DNA from: an uncultured Alphaproteobacteria bacterium
GTDB lineage: Bacteria > Pseudomonadota > Alphaproteobacteria > Rs-D84 > CACZYB01
Reading direction: 5' to 3'
Length of the DNA stretch: 32,000 nucleotides
NCBI GenBank assembly: GCA_934246625.1
Contig: CAKQHZ010000001.1
Coordinates: 330,001 to 362,000 of the forward strand
Shown: positions 10,079 through 18,378 of the stretch, in pieces
Layout: each line of letters starts with the position of its first letter
Numbering within the stretch: position 1 is the stretch's first letter
Position numbers and translations under genes: made by a program
Notes under the pieces: generated by a model
What the model was told of the DNA's origin: nothing
The model's database searches: none
The model's input: only the letters and a program-made list of their open reading frames with translations

Positions 10079-10675
10079 ATGCAAAAATCTGACGATATTC
10101 AAAATTTGATAAAAGCATTGTCTAAGATTCAGGGATTTGGAAACAGATCTGCTGTGCGTGCAACTATTAACCTTATATCAAACAAGGAAGAAAAACTTGA
10201 ACCATTGATTGATGCACTAACAAATGTTGCAAACAATATCAAAACTTGCCCTTGTTGTGGAAATTTTGATACGGTTTCTCCTTGTTCTATTTGCCAAGAT
10301 GTAAAGCGTGATGGAAAAACTTTATGTATTGTATCCGATATATCTTCTTTATGGGCAATGGAACGTGGAAATATTTTTAATGGAAAATATCATATCACTG
10401 GTGGAATTTTATCTGCAATAAATGGTATTGAACCAGACGATTTGAATCTTTCAAATTTGAAAAAACGAATCGAAGACGAAGGGATTGTTGAAGTTATTCT
10501 TGCTCTTCCTGCAACCATTGATGCAAAGATTACATCTCACTATATTATCAATCTTTTAAAAGACACAAATGTAAAGATTACCGAGCTTGCACACGGAGTT
10601 CCATTGGGTGGAGAACTTGACTATTTAGATGAGGGAACTATCGGTGAAGCAATCAAGCAAAGAAAACTTATATAA
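10079..10675 (+). CDS. recR: recombination protein RecR
   Basis: 198 aa with an HhH region (GFGNRSAVRA), a C4 zinc finger CPCCGNFDTVSPCSIC, and a Toprim-like core. Confidence 0.93.
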   Translation: MQKSDDIQNLIKALSKIQGFGNRSAVRATINLISNKEEKLEPLIDALTNVANNIKTCPCCGNFDTVSPCSICQDVKRDGKTLCIVSDISSLWAMERGNIFNGKYHITGGILSAINGIEPDDLNLSNLKKRIEDEGIVEVILALPATIDAKITSHYIINLLKDTNVKITELAHGVPLGGELDYLDEGTIGEAIKQRKLI

Positions 10676-10683
10676 ATAAATTA

Positions 10684-10712
10684 TTTACAAATCTATAAAT
10701 TGATGTTAAATT
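10684..10712 (+). promoter_or_regulatory. possible sigma70-type promoter for the structured leader
   Basis: TTTACA (10684-10689), 17-nt spacer, TAAATT (10707-10712). AT-rich background makes chance matches likely. Confidence 0.25.
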
Positions 10713-10746
10713 ATTTCTAGCATTGTGAGAACTGTGCTAGGGATTA

Positions 10747-10895
10747 GAACCCCTTTCATCAATAGTTGGAAAGCTATATCTTTCCTGTCGTTTCCCCTTT
10801 GGGGAGGACGGCATTATAAGGCTATGCACGAAAGTGCCGTGCCATTTTGATGATGGTGTTCTAAACTCCCCATTAAAAATAAAAGGGAGAAAAAA
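10747..10895 (+). promoter_or_regulatory. GC-rich structured 5' leader (four-way junction plus anti-SD/SD platform), unassigned class
   Basis: By-eye fold. P1: 10747-10750 and 10756-10762 pair with 10847-10853 and 10858-10861. P2: GGAAAG 10768-10773 / CTTTCC 10780-10785. P3: 10786-10797 / 10801-10810 (UCCCC-UUU-GGGGA). P4: 10820-10843 with GCAC-GAAA-GUGC. CUCCCC 10866-10871 is complementary to both GGGGAG 10801-10806 and the SD GGGAG 10885-10889. Confidence 0.5.
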
Positions 10896-11312
10896 ATGAA
10901 CAACAAATCAAAAGTCTTTTTAATATCTACAATTCTTTGTGGAGTATTATCTTTAAAAGCAAATTCTTCTACATTAAATGATATTTTATCAAAATATTGT
11001 GTGCCAACTGTTGGCAACTGCGATAAAAAAGCAACCTATAACACCTCTGGCAATTATTGTGATTGTGGAAATAAAGACAAATTTTACAACTTATCAACTC
11101 GAATTTGTGAAAATTGTATCTTTGGTTCCTTTGCAAGTGATAATTACAAAACTTGTGAACCTATAAGATGCCCAACAGGGTATGTCGCCACACTTATAAT
11201 TGATGGGAAATGTCCTTATGGGTATAGGTTAACTCAAATCTATACACCAAATACCTTTTGGAATGGAACTGAACTTAAAACATATAATTTTTCAAAAAAA
11301 ACATTTAACTAA
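10896..11312 (+). CDS. small secreted cysteine-rich protein (signal peptide, CxxC-type repeat)
   Basis: 138 aa. N-terminal signal-like MNNKSKVFLISTILCGVLSLKANS. Nine Cys in the mature part, including a CENCIFGSFASDNYKTCEP...CPTGY pattern. Strong SD GGGAGA lies 6 nt upstream. Confidence 0.7.
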   Translation: MNNKSKVFLISTILCGVLSLKANSSTLNDILSKYCVPTVGNCDKKATYNTSGNYCDCGNKDKFYNLSTRICENCIFGSFASDNYKTCEPIRCPTGYVATLIIDGKCPYGYRLTQIYTPNTFWNGTELKTYNFSKKTFN

Positions 11313-11321
11313 ATAAAGTTT

Positions 11322-11423
11322 GGGGTTGAAGTTTTTTCGTCCATGGTCTTCACTTCAACCTCTCCCGAATTGCTGTTTTATGAGGGAAGACAGCAAAGTA
11401 TAACCCCCTCAAAGGAGAAAAAT
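11322..11423 (+). promoter_or_regulatory. structured intergenic leader/attenuator upstream of second Cys-rich gene
   Basis: 11-bp stem 11322-11332 / 11352-11362 with a 19-nt loop. Hairpin TTGCTGT 11370-11376 / ACAGCAA 11390-11396 presents GAGGGA (11382-11387) in its loop. C-tracts UCUCCC 11361-11366 and CCCCCUC 11404-11410 are complementary to that G-tract; UCUCC is also complementary to the SD GGAGA (11414-11418). Confidence 0.4.
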
Positions 11424-12254
11424 ATGAAGATAATGAATAAACTTAATATTGCAATACTTGGGATTAGTGGAGTGATTTCCAATCCTGTTTTTGCACAAAA
11501 ATTTTATCAATGCTTACCAATAAAATGTTCTGATGGTCAATATTTAGATGGAAGTAATTGTAAAAGTTGCCCAAAGGGATTTGAATGCAAAAATAATCAA
11601 AAAACCGCTTGTAGAAGTGGATTTTATGCAAACAAAGAAGGTATGGCAAATTGCAAATCTTGTAATGGTTTTTCATCAAATGCAAATGCCCAATATTGTT
11701 TTGGTAAAAAAGAATTTGCCCTTGGAACTTATACACTTACAATTCCTGCTGGCAAATGGAAAGCAACTATTCGTGGGGGCTATCCATGGTATGTGGATAT
11801 GTTAGGTAATTATGGACATAAAGTTAGTTCTGGATTTGGTGCAACGTTAGTAAAATACTTTACCTTAGAACAAGAAGAACAAATCAAAATTATCGTTGGT
11901 AAAAAAACTTGTGGAGGTGGCGGAAAATATTCTTCAAATGGTGAAGATTCAAGTATAGAACTTTTAACAAAATCAGGTGGTGGAGTTTCTGGTATTACAA
12001 GGGTAAATAAACTTATCGCTGGTGGTGGAAAAGTTAACCCTAAAGAAGAGGATTTATCAAAACTTAATGGTCAATGCGAATATTCTGGATTATCACTTAA
12101 TTCCTCAATAGGGGAAAAATGTTATCATGAAGTTTCAAATTCAAATGAAGTTTTTGATGAAATAATAAAACAAAAGTTAGGTTATAGCACTAGGTTAGGC
12201 GATGGTGGCTGTGGTGTGTTTGATGGAAAAGTCGTTTTGGAACTTATAAACTAA
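11424..12254 (+). CDS. secreted protein: ephrin-receptor/TNFR-like CxxC repeats plus glycine-rich (ALK GlyR-like) domain
   Basis: I prefer the ATG at 11424 (SD AAAGGAG upstream) because it yields the signal peptide MKIMNKLNIAILGISGVISNPVFAQ. The track's start at 11343 would translate the structured leader. Repeats: CKSCPKGFEC...CRSGFYANKEGMANCKSC. C-terminal region: GATLVKYFTLEQEEQIKIIVGKK..GGGG..LIAGGGK..GGCGVFDGKVVLELI. Confidence 0.75.
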   Translation: MKIMNKLNIAILGISGVISNPVFAQKFYQCLPIKCSDGQYLDGSNCKSCPKGFECKNNQKTACRSGFYANKEGMANCKSCNGFSSNANAQYCFGKKEFALGTYTLTIPAGKWKATIRGGYPWYVDMLGNYGHKVSSGFGATLVKYFTLEQEEQIKIIVGKKTCGGGGKYSSNGEDSSIELLTKSGGGVSGITRVNKLIAGGGKVNPKEEDLSKLNGQCEYSGLSLNSSIGEKCYHEVSNSNEVFDEIIKQKLGYSTRLGDGGCGVFDGKVVLELIN

Positions 12255-12259
12255 TAATT

Positions 12260-12287
12260 AAAAACCCCTCTTTCGAGGGGCTTTTTT

Positions 12288-12289
<2 letters not shown>
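12260..12289. terminator. bidirectional Rho-independent terminator (Cys-rich gene / mreB)
   Basis: CCCCTC-TTTC-GAGGGG (12265-12280), flanked by an A-run upstream and T8 downstream. It lies between convergent genes. Confidence 0.75.
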
Positions 12290-13361
<1,072 letters not shown>

Positions 13362-13427
13362 TTATATATTAAAATAATCCTTTGAAAACTACAAGGAAAA
13401 AATATCATAATATGAAAGATTTTTACA

Positions 13428-14702
13428 CTATTTATATATTATTAAGTCCGCATTGCTTAAAATTATAAATTTATCCTCTATGACTATAGGGGTTGTGTCA
13501 ATTATAGATGTAAGTTTTTGGGTTCCTAACTTTTTACCATTATATGGACTTAACTTTATAATTTCGCCATTTGAAAATGTAAGGATAAGTTGGTTATTGA
13601 TAAGCAATGGGTCAAATGGTATTGCCTTTTTATCTTCTGGTTCAACCTTTTTAGACCAAATTATTTTTCCTGTTTTAACATTTATTGCATTAACAATATT
13701 GTCATTTGAAATATCAAACATAAACTTGTTTGACAATGCAGGTGTTGTTATTCCACCAATGGAAAGTTCCCAGTTAAGGACGCCTGTGTCAATATCAAAT
13801 GCCTTCATAATATTATTATAACTTTTTACAACAACAACTTCACCATCAGTAATTGGATTTGCAACTATATCTGAAATATTATTGATATTTTTTGTATTTA
13901 TTTTTGTTAATGCTTCAAGCCAAATTGGGGTATTCATATCACGCATTAGCATATGGACTTCACCATTTGGAAATGCAACAACAATATTGTTATCAATACA
14001 CATTGGTAAAGACCCCTTTACAAAGGAATTTGCTTCTTCCATTGTTTTATGTGTGAAAACTTTGTCGCCAGTTTTTGCATCAATTACAAAAAATTCGCCC
14101 ATATCATTTGAAAAGTAAAGTTTATCACCACAAATTTGAAGACCTGATTTCAAAGTGGTGTTGAAATAGTTGCTGTAAATAATTTCACCATTTTTAATAT
14201 TCATTGCAACAAGTTGTGCTGTATTTGTGATTGCATAAAGTCTTTCATTATCAAGAGCCAATGCTCCATAACGAAGGTATTCATTATTTGTAAGACGAGG
14301 ACTTTGCCATAAAGTTTTTCCTGTTAAAAGAGATGTTGCTTGAACCTTTAATTTTCCATCAATGGTAAATACAGTTGTGGAATTTGCAACTGGAGTATAA
14401 AGAATTTGTGCATTACTTGTTTTTACACCAATATCATTTCGTGCAAACTTTGTGAACTTTTTTTTGCCCGCAATATGACCGATTGTATTATAGGAATTTC
14501 CAGAAGATGAAGTCCAAGATTTATTTAAGACTGGACGTTTCAAAATGATTTTATCATCTGAAAATTCGTCTTCTTGCTCCTCCTTATCAAAAATAGAAAC
14601 TCGTTCACCACTAAGTGGAACCTTTGTTGTTTCACAGCCTGTAAATACAAAGGCAAGGATTAGAATATAAAAAATATTTCTTAAACGGTTAAAGTTAAAC
14701 AT
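13428..14702 (-). CDS. bamB: outer-membrane assembly lipoprotein BamB-like (PQQ-type beta-propeller)
   Basis: Lipobox LAFVFTGC at the N-terminus. Repetitive beta-propeller-like blades (..A.N..TG...W...). It sits directly downstream of a YfgM-like gene, as in yfgM-bamB synteny. Confidence 0.7.
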   Translation of the reverse strand: MFNFNRLRNIFYILILAFVFTGCETTKVPLSGERVSIFDKEEQEDEFSDDKIILKRPVLNKSWTSSSGNSYNTIGHIAGKKKFTKFARNDIGVKTSNAQILYTPVANSTTVFTIDGKLKVQATSLLTGKTLWQSPRLTNNEYLRYGALALDNERLYAITNTAQLVAMNIKNGEIIYSNYFNTTLKSGLQICGDKLYFSNDMGEFFVIDAKTGDKVFTHKTMEEANSFVKGSLPMCIDNNIVVAFPNGEVHMLMRDMNTPIWLEALTKINTKNINNISDIVANPITDGEVVVVKSYNNIMKAFDIDTGVLNWELSIGGITTPALSNKFMFDISNDNIVNAINVKTGKIIWSKKVEPEDKKAIPFDPLLINNQLILTFSNGEIIKLSPYNGKKLGTQKLTSIIDTTPIVIEDKFIILSNADLIIYK

Positions 14703-14724
14703 AATCTAATCCCTCCTTTTATAA

Positions 14725-15435
14725 TTATTTTGCTGTAAGACTTTTGATATAATTAAGCATATTTAAACTTTGTGATTTTATTCCCACAGGGGCATTTTCA
14801 TTTTCAACAATTCTTTCAAATGTTGTTTTTGCCAAATTTGGGTTATTTCCAGAAATGTAAATTGTTCCCAATATGTATTGAGCAGAAAAATAGAAAGGTT
14901 GTCTTGCAGATATTTGTGAAAGAAGTTTAATTATTTCTGATTTGTCTTCTGCTGAAACATCTGGTTTGGAATAATTGATTGTTGAAAGTTTCAAAATTGC
15001 TAAATCCTTAAATGAAGAATCTGTTGCAGATGAAATAATTGTTTTAAGTGTATTTATCGCATCTGAAATTTTGTTGGTTTCAACTTGCATAGAATAAATG
15101 TTAAAATATGCAATATCACGATAGCCATATTTTGCTTTGCTTGCAAAATCTTTAAGTTCAAGAATACGTCCTTCCATAGAAATAGATGGATTTGACATAA
15201 TGTGTTCAAAAACTTCGGCTTGTTTAAGTGATGTTTCACGTTTGTTGTTTTCATAAGTTGTATGACCTATTGTAATTGCAAGTATAATTACAATAGCAGT
15301 AATAATATAATACTTATATTTATTCCAAATTATTGCAGCCTTTTCAGCACGAACTTCTTCATCAACTTCACGAATAAATGCACGTTGTTGCATTTCAATA
15401 TATTGATCTTTTAATGATTTTTCATTTTTTTGCAT
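14725..15435 (-). CDS. YfgM-like single-pass membrane TPR protein
   Basis: 236 aa. An N-terminal cytoplasmic stretch is followed by a TM helix (YYIITAIVIILAITIGH) and a helical-repeat periplasmic part. It lies upstream of bamB. Confidence 0.55.
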   Translation of the reverse strand: MQKNEKSLKDQYIEMQQRAFIREVDEEVRAEKAAIIWNKYKYYIITAIVIILAITIGHTTYENNKRETSLKQAEVFEHIMSNPSISMEGRILELKDFASKAKYGYRDIAYFNIYSMQVETNKISDAINTLKTIISSATDSSFKDLAILKLSTINYSKPDVSAEDKSEIIKLLSQISARQPFYFSAQYILGTIYISGNNPNLAKTTFERIVENENAPVGIKSQSLNMLNYIKSLTAK

Positions 15436-15454
15436 TGTATCCTCCTTGGAAATT

Positions 15455-16189
15455 TTATTCTTTGTCTTGATATAATGAATTGATTACTTTCTTTTGAAGT
15501 TGGATAAGTTCTACTATACCAGTTCTTGCAAATGAAAGAAGTTTTAAAAATTCATTTTCGGTAAATGGAACCTTTTCTGCAGTTCCTTGAATTTCAACAA
15601 TTCCACCGCTTCCTGTCATAACAAAATTTGAATCGGTATCAGCATTGCTGTCTTCTTCAAAATCCAAATCCATCATAGGTTGTCCGTTCACAATACCGCA
15701 TGAAATAGCAGCAACATAATCATTTATTGGAAGTTCATCAAGTTTATATCTGTATTTTAATTTTTGCATTGCTTGATAAAGGGCGATAAAGCCTCCTGTG
15801 ATAGAAGCTGTTCTTGTGCCACCATCTGCTTGAAGCACATCACAATCAACAATTATTTGACGTTCACCCATTTTATCCAAATCAACAACTGAACGAAGAG
15901 AACGACCTATCAATCTTTGAATTTCAAGTGAACGACCACTTTGACGACCCTTATTAACTTCTCTTTCAATACGTGTTTGGCAAGATGCTGGAAGCATTGC
16001 ATATTCTGCGGTTACCCAACCTGTGCCAGAGTGTTTTAAAAACACAGGAACCTTATTTTCAATTGTTGCAGTGCAAAGAACACGTGTATCACCAAATGAT
16101 ACAAGACAAGAACCATCAGCATACTTATTTACACCTGCAAGAAGTTCTATTTTTCTTAAAGATTCATTTTTTCTTGAAAGAGCTCTCAT
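15455..16189 (-). CDS. rph: ribonuclease PH
   Basis: 244 aa with ADGSCLVSFGDTRVLC, GRSLEIQRLIGRSLR and CDVLQADGGTRTASITG. Confidence 0.93.
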   Translation of the reverse strand: MRALSRKNESLRKIELLAGVNKYADGSCLVSFGDTRVLCTATIENKVPVFLKHSGTGWVTAEYAMLPASCQTRIEREVNKGRQSGRSLEIQRLIGRSLRSVVDLDKMGERQIIVDCDVLQADGGTRTASITGGFIALYQAMQKLKYRYKLDELPINDYVAAISCGIVNGQPMMDLDFEEDSNADTDSNFVMTGSGGIVEIQGTAEKVPFTENEFLKLLSFARTGIVELIQLQKKVINSLYQDKE

Positions 16190-16260
16190 TTTTTATCCTT
16201 GAATTATAATTTATTTTAGGTATTATATATTTATATATAATTTTTTTTTAAAAGGCAAGT

Positions 16261-16512
16261 ATGAAACAAAATCTTATGAATTCTTTGATGATTTTATCAG
16301 AAGCGGTCGATGAATTAAACCGCGTTTTTTCTTTGTATCAAAATGTGAAAAGAGAAGAATCTAATATAAAATCTGATGACTTTCATGCAATTCAAATGCA
16401 AATGCAATCTGAAATTGATAAGTTAAAACAAAACCTTATGTTTGAACAAGATAAAATTGTTCGTGCAAAGGACGAAATTAGAGCTTTATCAACTGAGCTT
16501 AGAAATTTATAA
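16261..16512 (+). CDS. small coiled-coil protein, ZauP/ZapB-like (ZapA-associated)
   Basis: 83 aa, heptad-rich. It sits immediately upstream of zapA, as the DUF4164/ZauP genes do in alphaproteobacteria. The call is positional and compositional only. Confidence 0.4.
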   Translation: MKQNLMNSLMILSEAVDELNRVFSLYQNVKREESNIKSDDFHAIQMQMQSEIDKLKQNLMFEQDKIVRAKDEIRALSTELRNL

Positions 16513-16536
16513 TATATAAAGGAGAGAATTAAATAA

Positions 16537-16887
16537 ATGACTACACTTAATTTTACAATAAATAATAAAAATTATTCTGTGGATTGTGGTGCTGGTCAAG
16601 AAAATCAAATCCTTTCTATTGTAAATATGATTGATGAAAAAGCAAAAACTCTTGCTAAAATGTTTGGTGAAGTTGACAGCGAAACTCTTCTTTTGATGGT
16701 TTGCATTCTTGTTTTTGGCGAATTTGAAAAGGCAAAAGCAAAACTTGCTAACCTTGAAGGCGATATTAAAAAACTTAATGAAAACAATGTCGATATGGAA
16801 AAAATCAATTCCTTTATTATTGATATGGCAAAAAAAATCAAGACATTGTCTTCTTCAATTCAAAATGAAACTACTTCTAATATATAA
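16537..16887 (+). CDS. zapA: cell division protein ZapA
   Basis: 116 aa. The N-terminal beta domain (LNFTINNKNYSVDCGAGQE...) followed by a coiled coil is typical ZapA architecture. SD GGAGAG lies upstream. Confidence 0.7.
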   Translation: MTTLNFTINNKNYSVDCGAGQENQILSIVNMIDEKAKTLAKMFGEVDSETLLLMVCILVFGEFEKAKAKLANLEGDIKKLNENNVDMEKINSFIIDMAKKIKTLSSSIQNETTSNI

Positions 16888-16912
16888 GTAAATTTTTAGG
16901 GAGCAAAAAATT

Positions 16913-17980
16913 ATGGCTAAAAAAGAAAATAGTCTTAAAAATAAAAAAACAACAAATGATGAAAAAAGCAAAAGCAATAATCACAATTCTTCTTTTTCTG
17001 TGTTTCAGGTTATAATTTTTGCTTTTCTTTTTGTGCTTATGATTTGGATAATCGGTTTTCTTTCTTTGGAAATTGATAGTCAAAAACAAGAAATTAAAAA
17101 AATTCACAGCGAAATAGATTTACGAAAAAAGGATAGTGAAGAAATTTTCAAATACTATGTCGATAAAATTCGTGATTTCCAAAAAATTGATATAAAGGAC
17201 CAAGTGCAATCTTTTGGTAAAGACATAAAAGATGGCTTACAAGAAGTTCGCGAGCTTATGTTTGATAAGGAAGATTTGGCAAAAGTTAATGCAAAAATTT
17301 CTGCTTTGGAAGAATATAACAATACATATCGTGGAACAAATCTTGTATTCCTTACATCTGTGGGACTTCTTCGTGATGTAATAAACAGAGGTCAAAGTTT
17401 TGAAGTTGAACTTAATACATTAGAAATCGTTGGTGGAAGACAAAAGTTGGTTATCAATGCCATAGAAACTTTGAAACCTTTATCAAAAACAGGTGTTAAA
17501 ACTTTCTCTCAACTTAAAACTCAATTTGATGAAATGGCTGGCGATGTTGTGTTTATTTCAAATAATCCTATTAGCGAAAATCCAACATATAAACAAAGAT
17601 TTTGGCACAGAATTAAGTCCTTGTTCAAAATAAGAAAAATTGATTTGACTGATACTAGTGAAAGTGCTGACTTGATTGTTGCAAGAACAGAAAATTATTT
17701 AAAAGATAACAAACTTGATGAAGCAGTTAAGGAAATTGAAAAGTTAAAGGAAATTGCACCAGCGGGATTTGAATATATCAAATCTTGGTATCTTGATGCA
17801 AAAAATAAAATTGATGTTGATAATATTATGAGTGAGGTTTCTTCTTTTGCAATAGAACGTGCCCTAAATGATATTTATCAAGGCCACCCAAAACTTAAAA
17901 AACAAGAAAAGGCAATCAAAACACTTACAAAAAGTGCAGAAACAATAACTTCATCAAAAGATGTTGAAATAAAGGAATAA
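16913..17980 (+). CDS. Mic60 (mitofilin)/HemX-like membrane-anchored coiled-coil protein
   Basis: It has an N-terminal K-rich tail, one TM (VIIFAFLFVLMIWIIGFLSL) and a long coiled coil. The C-terminal block ADLIVARTENYLKDNKLDEAVKEIEKLKE...WYLDAKNKIDVDNI resembles the mitofilin-domain pattern. A HemY_N gene follows it. Confidence 0.55.
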   Translation: MAKKENSLKNKKTTNDEKSKSNNHNSSFSVFQVIIFAFLFVLMIWIIGFLSLEIDSQKQEIKKIHSEIDLRKKDSEEIFKYYVDKIRDFQKIDIKDQVQSFGKDIKDGLQEVRELMFDKEDLAKVNAKISALEEYNNTYRGTNLVFLTSVGLLRDVINRGQSFEVELNTLEIVGGRQKLVINAIETLKPLSKTGVKTFSQLKTQFDEMAGDVVFISNNPISENPTYKQRFWHRIKSLFKIRKIDLTDTSESADLIVARTENYLKDNKLDEAVKEIEKLKEIAPAGFEYIKSWYLDAKNKIDVDNIMSEVSSFAIERALNDIYQGHPKLKKQEKAIKTLTKSAETITSSKDVEIKE

Positions 17981-17982
17981 AA

Positions 17983-18273
17983 ATGTTAAAACAAACGTTA
18001 AAATTATTTTTTATCTTACTTGGCTTTTCTGTAATTGCCGTATGGATTTCAAATAATTATGGAACTGTGGATATTTTTTGGTTAGGATATTCAATACATA
18101 CATCTGTTCCAGTATTGCTTTTTGTAATGTGGATTTTGTTTGTGCTTGTTGATAAAATTATGTGGTTTTTAAGTTTTATTACAAAACCTTTACGTAAAAG
18201 AAAAGATAAAAAAACAACAAAAAAAGATGTTATGAAGGTTGAGTATTCAAATTCGAATACCACTTCAAAATAA
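17983..18273 (+). CDS. HemY N-terminal-domain-only membrane protein (no TPR part)
   Basis: 96 aa. The pattern TM1, GTVDIFWLGYSIHTSVPVLLFV, TM2, basic tail parallels E. coli HemY residues 1-90 (GYVLIQTDNYNIETSVTGLAII..). The stop lies 5 nt before tRNA-Ser. Confidence 0.6.
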   Translation: MLKQTLKLFFILLGFSVIAVWISNNYGTVDIFWLGYSIHTSVPVLLFVMWILFVLVDKIMWFLSFITKPLRKRKDKKTTKKDVMKVEYSNSNTTSK

Positions 18274-18278
18274 AAATT

Positions 18279-18366
18279 GGAAAGATGGCAGAGTGGTCGA
18301 TTGCACACGCTTGGAAAGCGTGCATACCGCAAGGTATCGGGGGTTCGAATCCCCCTCTTTCCGCCA
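18279..18366 (+). tRNA. tRNA-Ser (anticodon GGA), CCA encoded
   Basis: Acceptor GGAAAGA/TCTTTCC. Anticodon stem CACGC/GCGTG with loop TTGGAAA. Long variable arm ATACC-GCAA-GGTAT. T-arm GGGGG-TTCGAAT-CCCCC. G73 then CCA. Confidence 0.93.
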
Positions 18367-18378
18367 AAAGATATATTC

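Noticed and set aside
10720-10870. Possibility that the GC-rich structured region after recR is a known housekeeping RNA (4.5S/SRP RNA, 6S RNA, tmRNA piece, RNase P).
   Set aside because: I could not find the SRP domain IV motifs (AGGUCAGG...GGAA...GGAAGCAGCC-like). It lacks the long end-to-end imperfect helix with a central bubble expected of 6S. There is no tRNA-like end for tmRNA. It is far too short for RNase P. It also abuts an SD and start codon, which fits a cis-acting leader better. An Infernal scan is still needed.
10814-11017. Minus-strand 67-aa ORF overlapping the leader and the start of the Cys-rich gene.
   Set aside because: It has no RBS. It runs antisense through a structured RNA and a well-supported + strand CDS that has a signal peptide. 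It is most likely a chance ORF.
11343-11423. Longer N-terminal extension of the second Cys-rich protein (track start at 11343, MVFTSTSPELLFYEG...).
   Set aside because: The extension has no SD and would translate through the hairpin-rich leader. The internal ATG at 11424 has AAAGGAG upstream and yields a canonical signal peptide.
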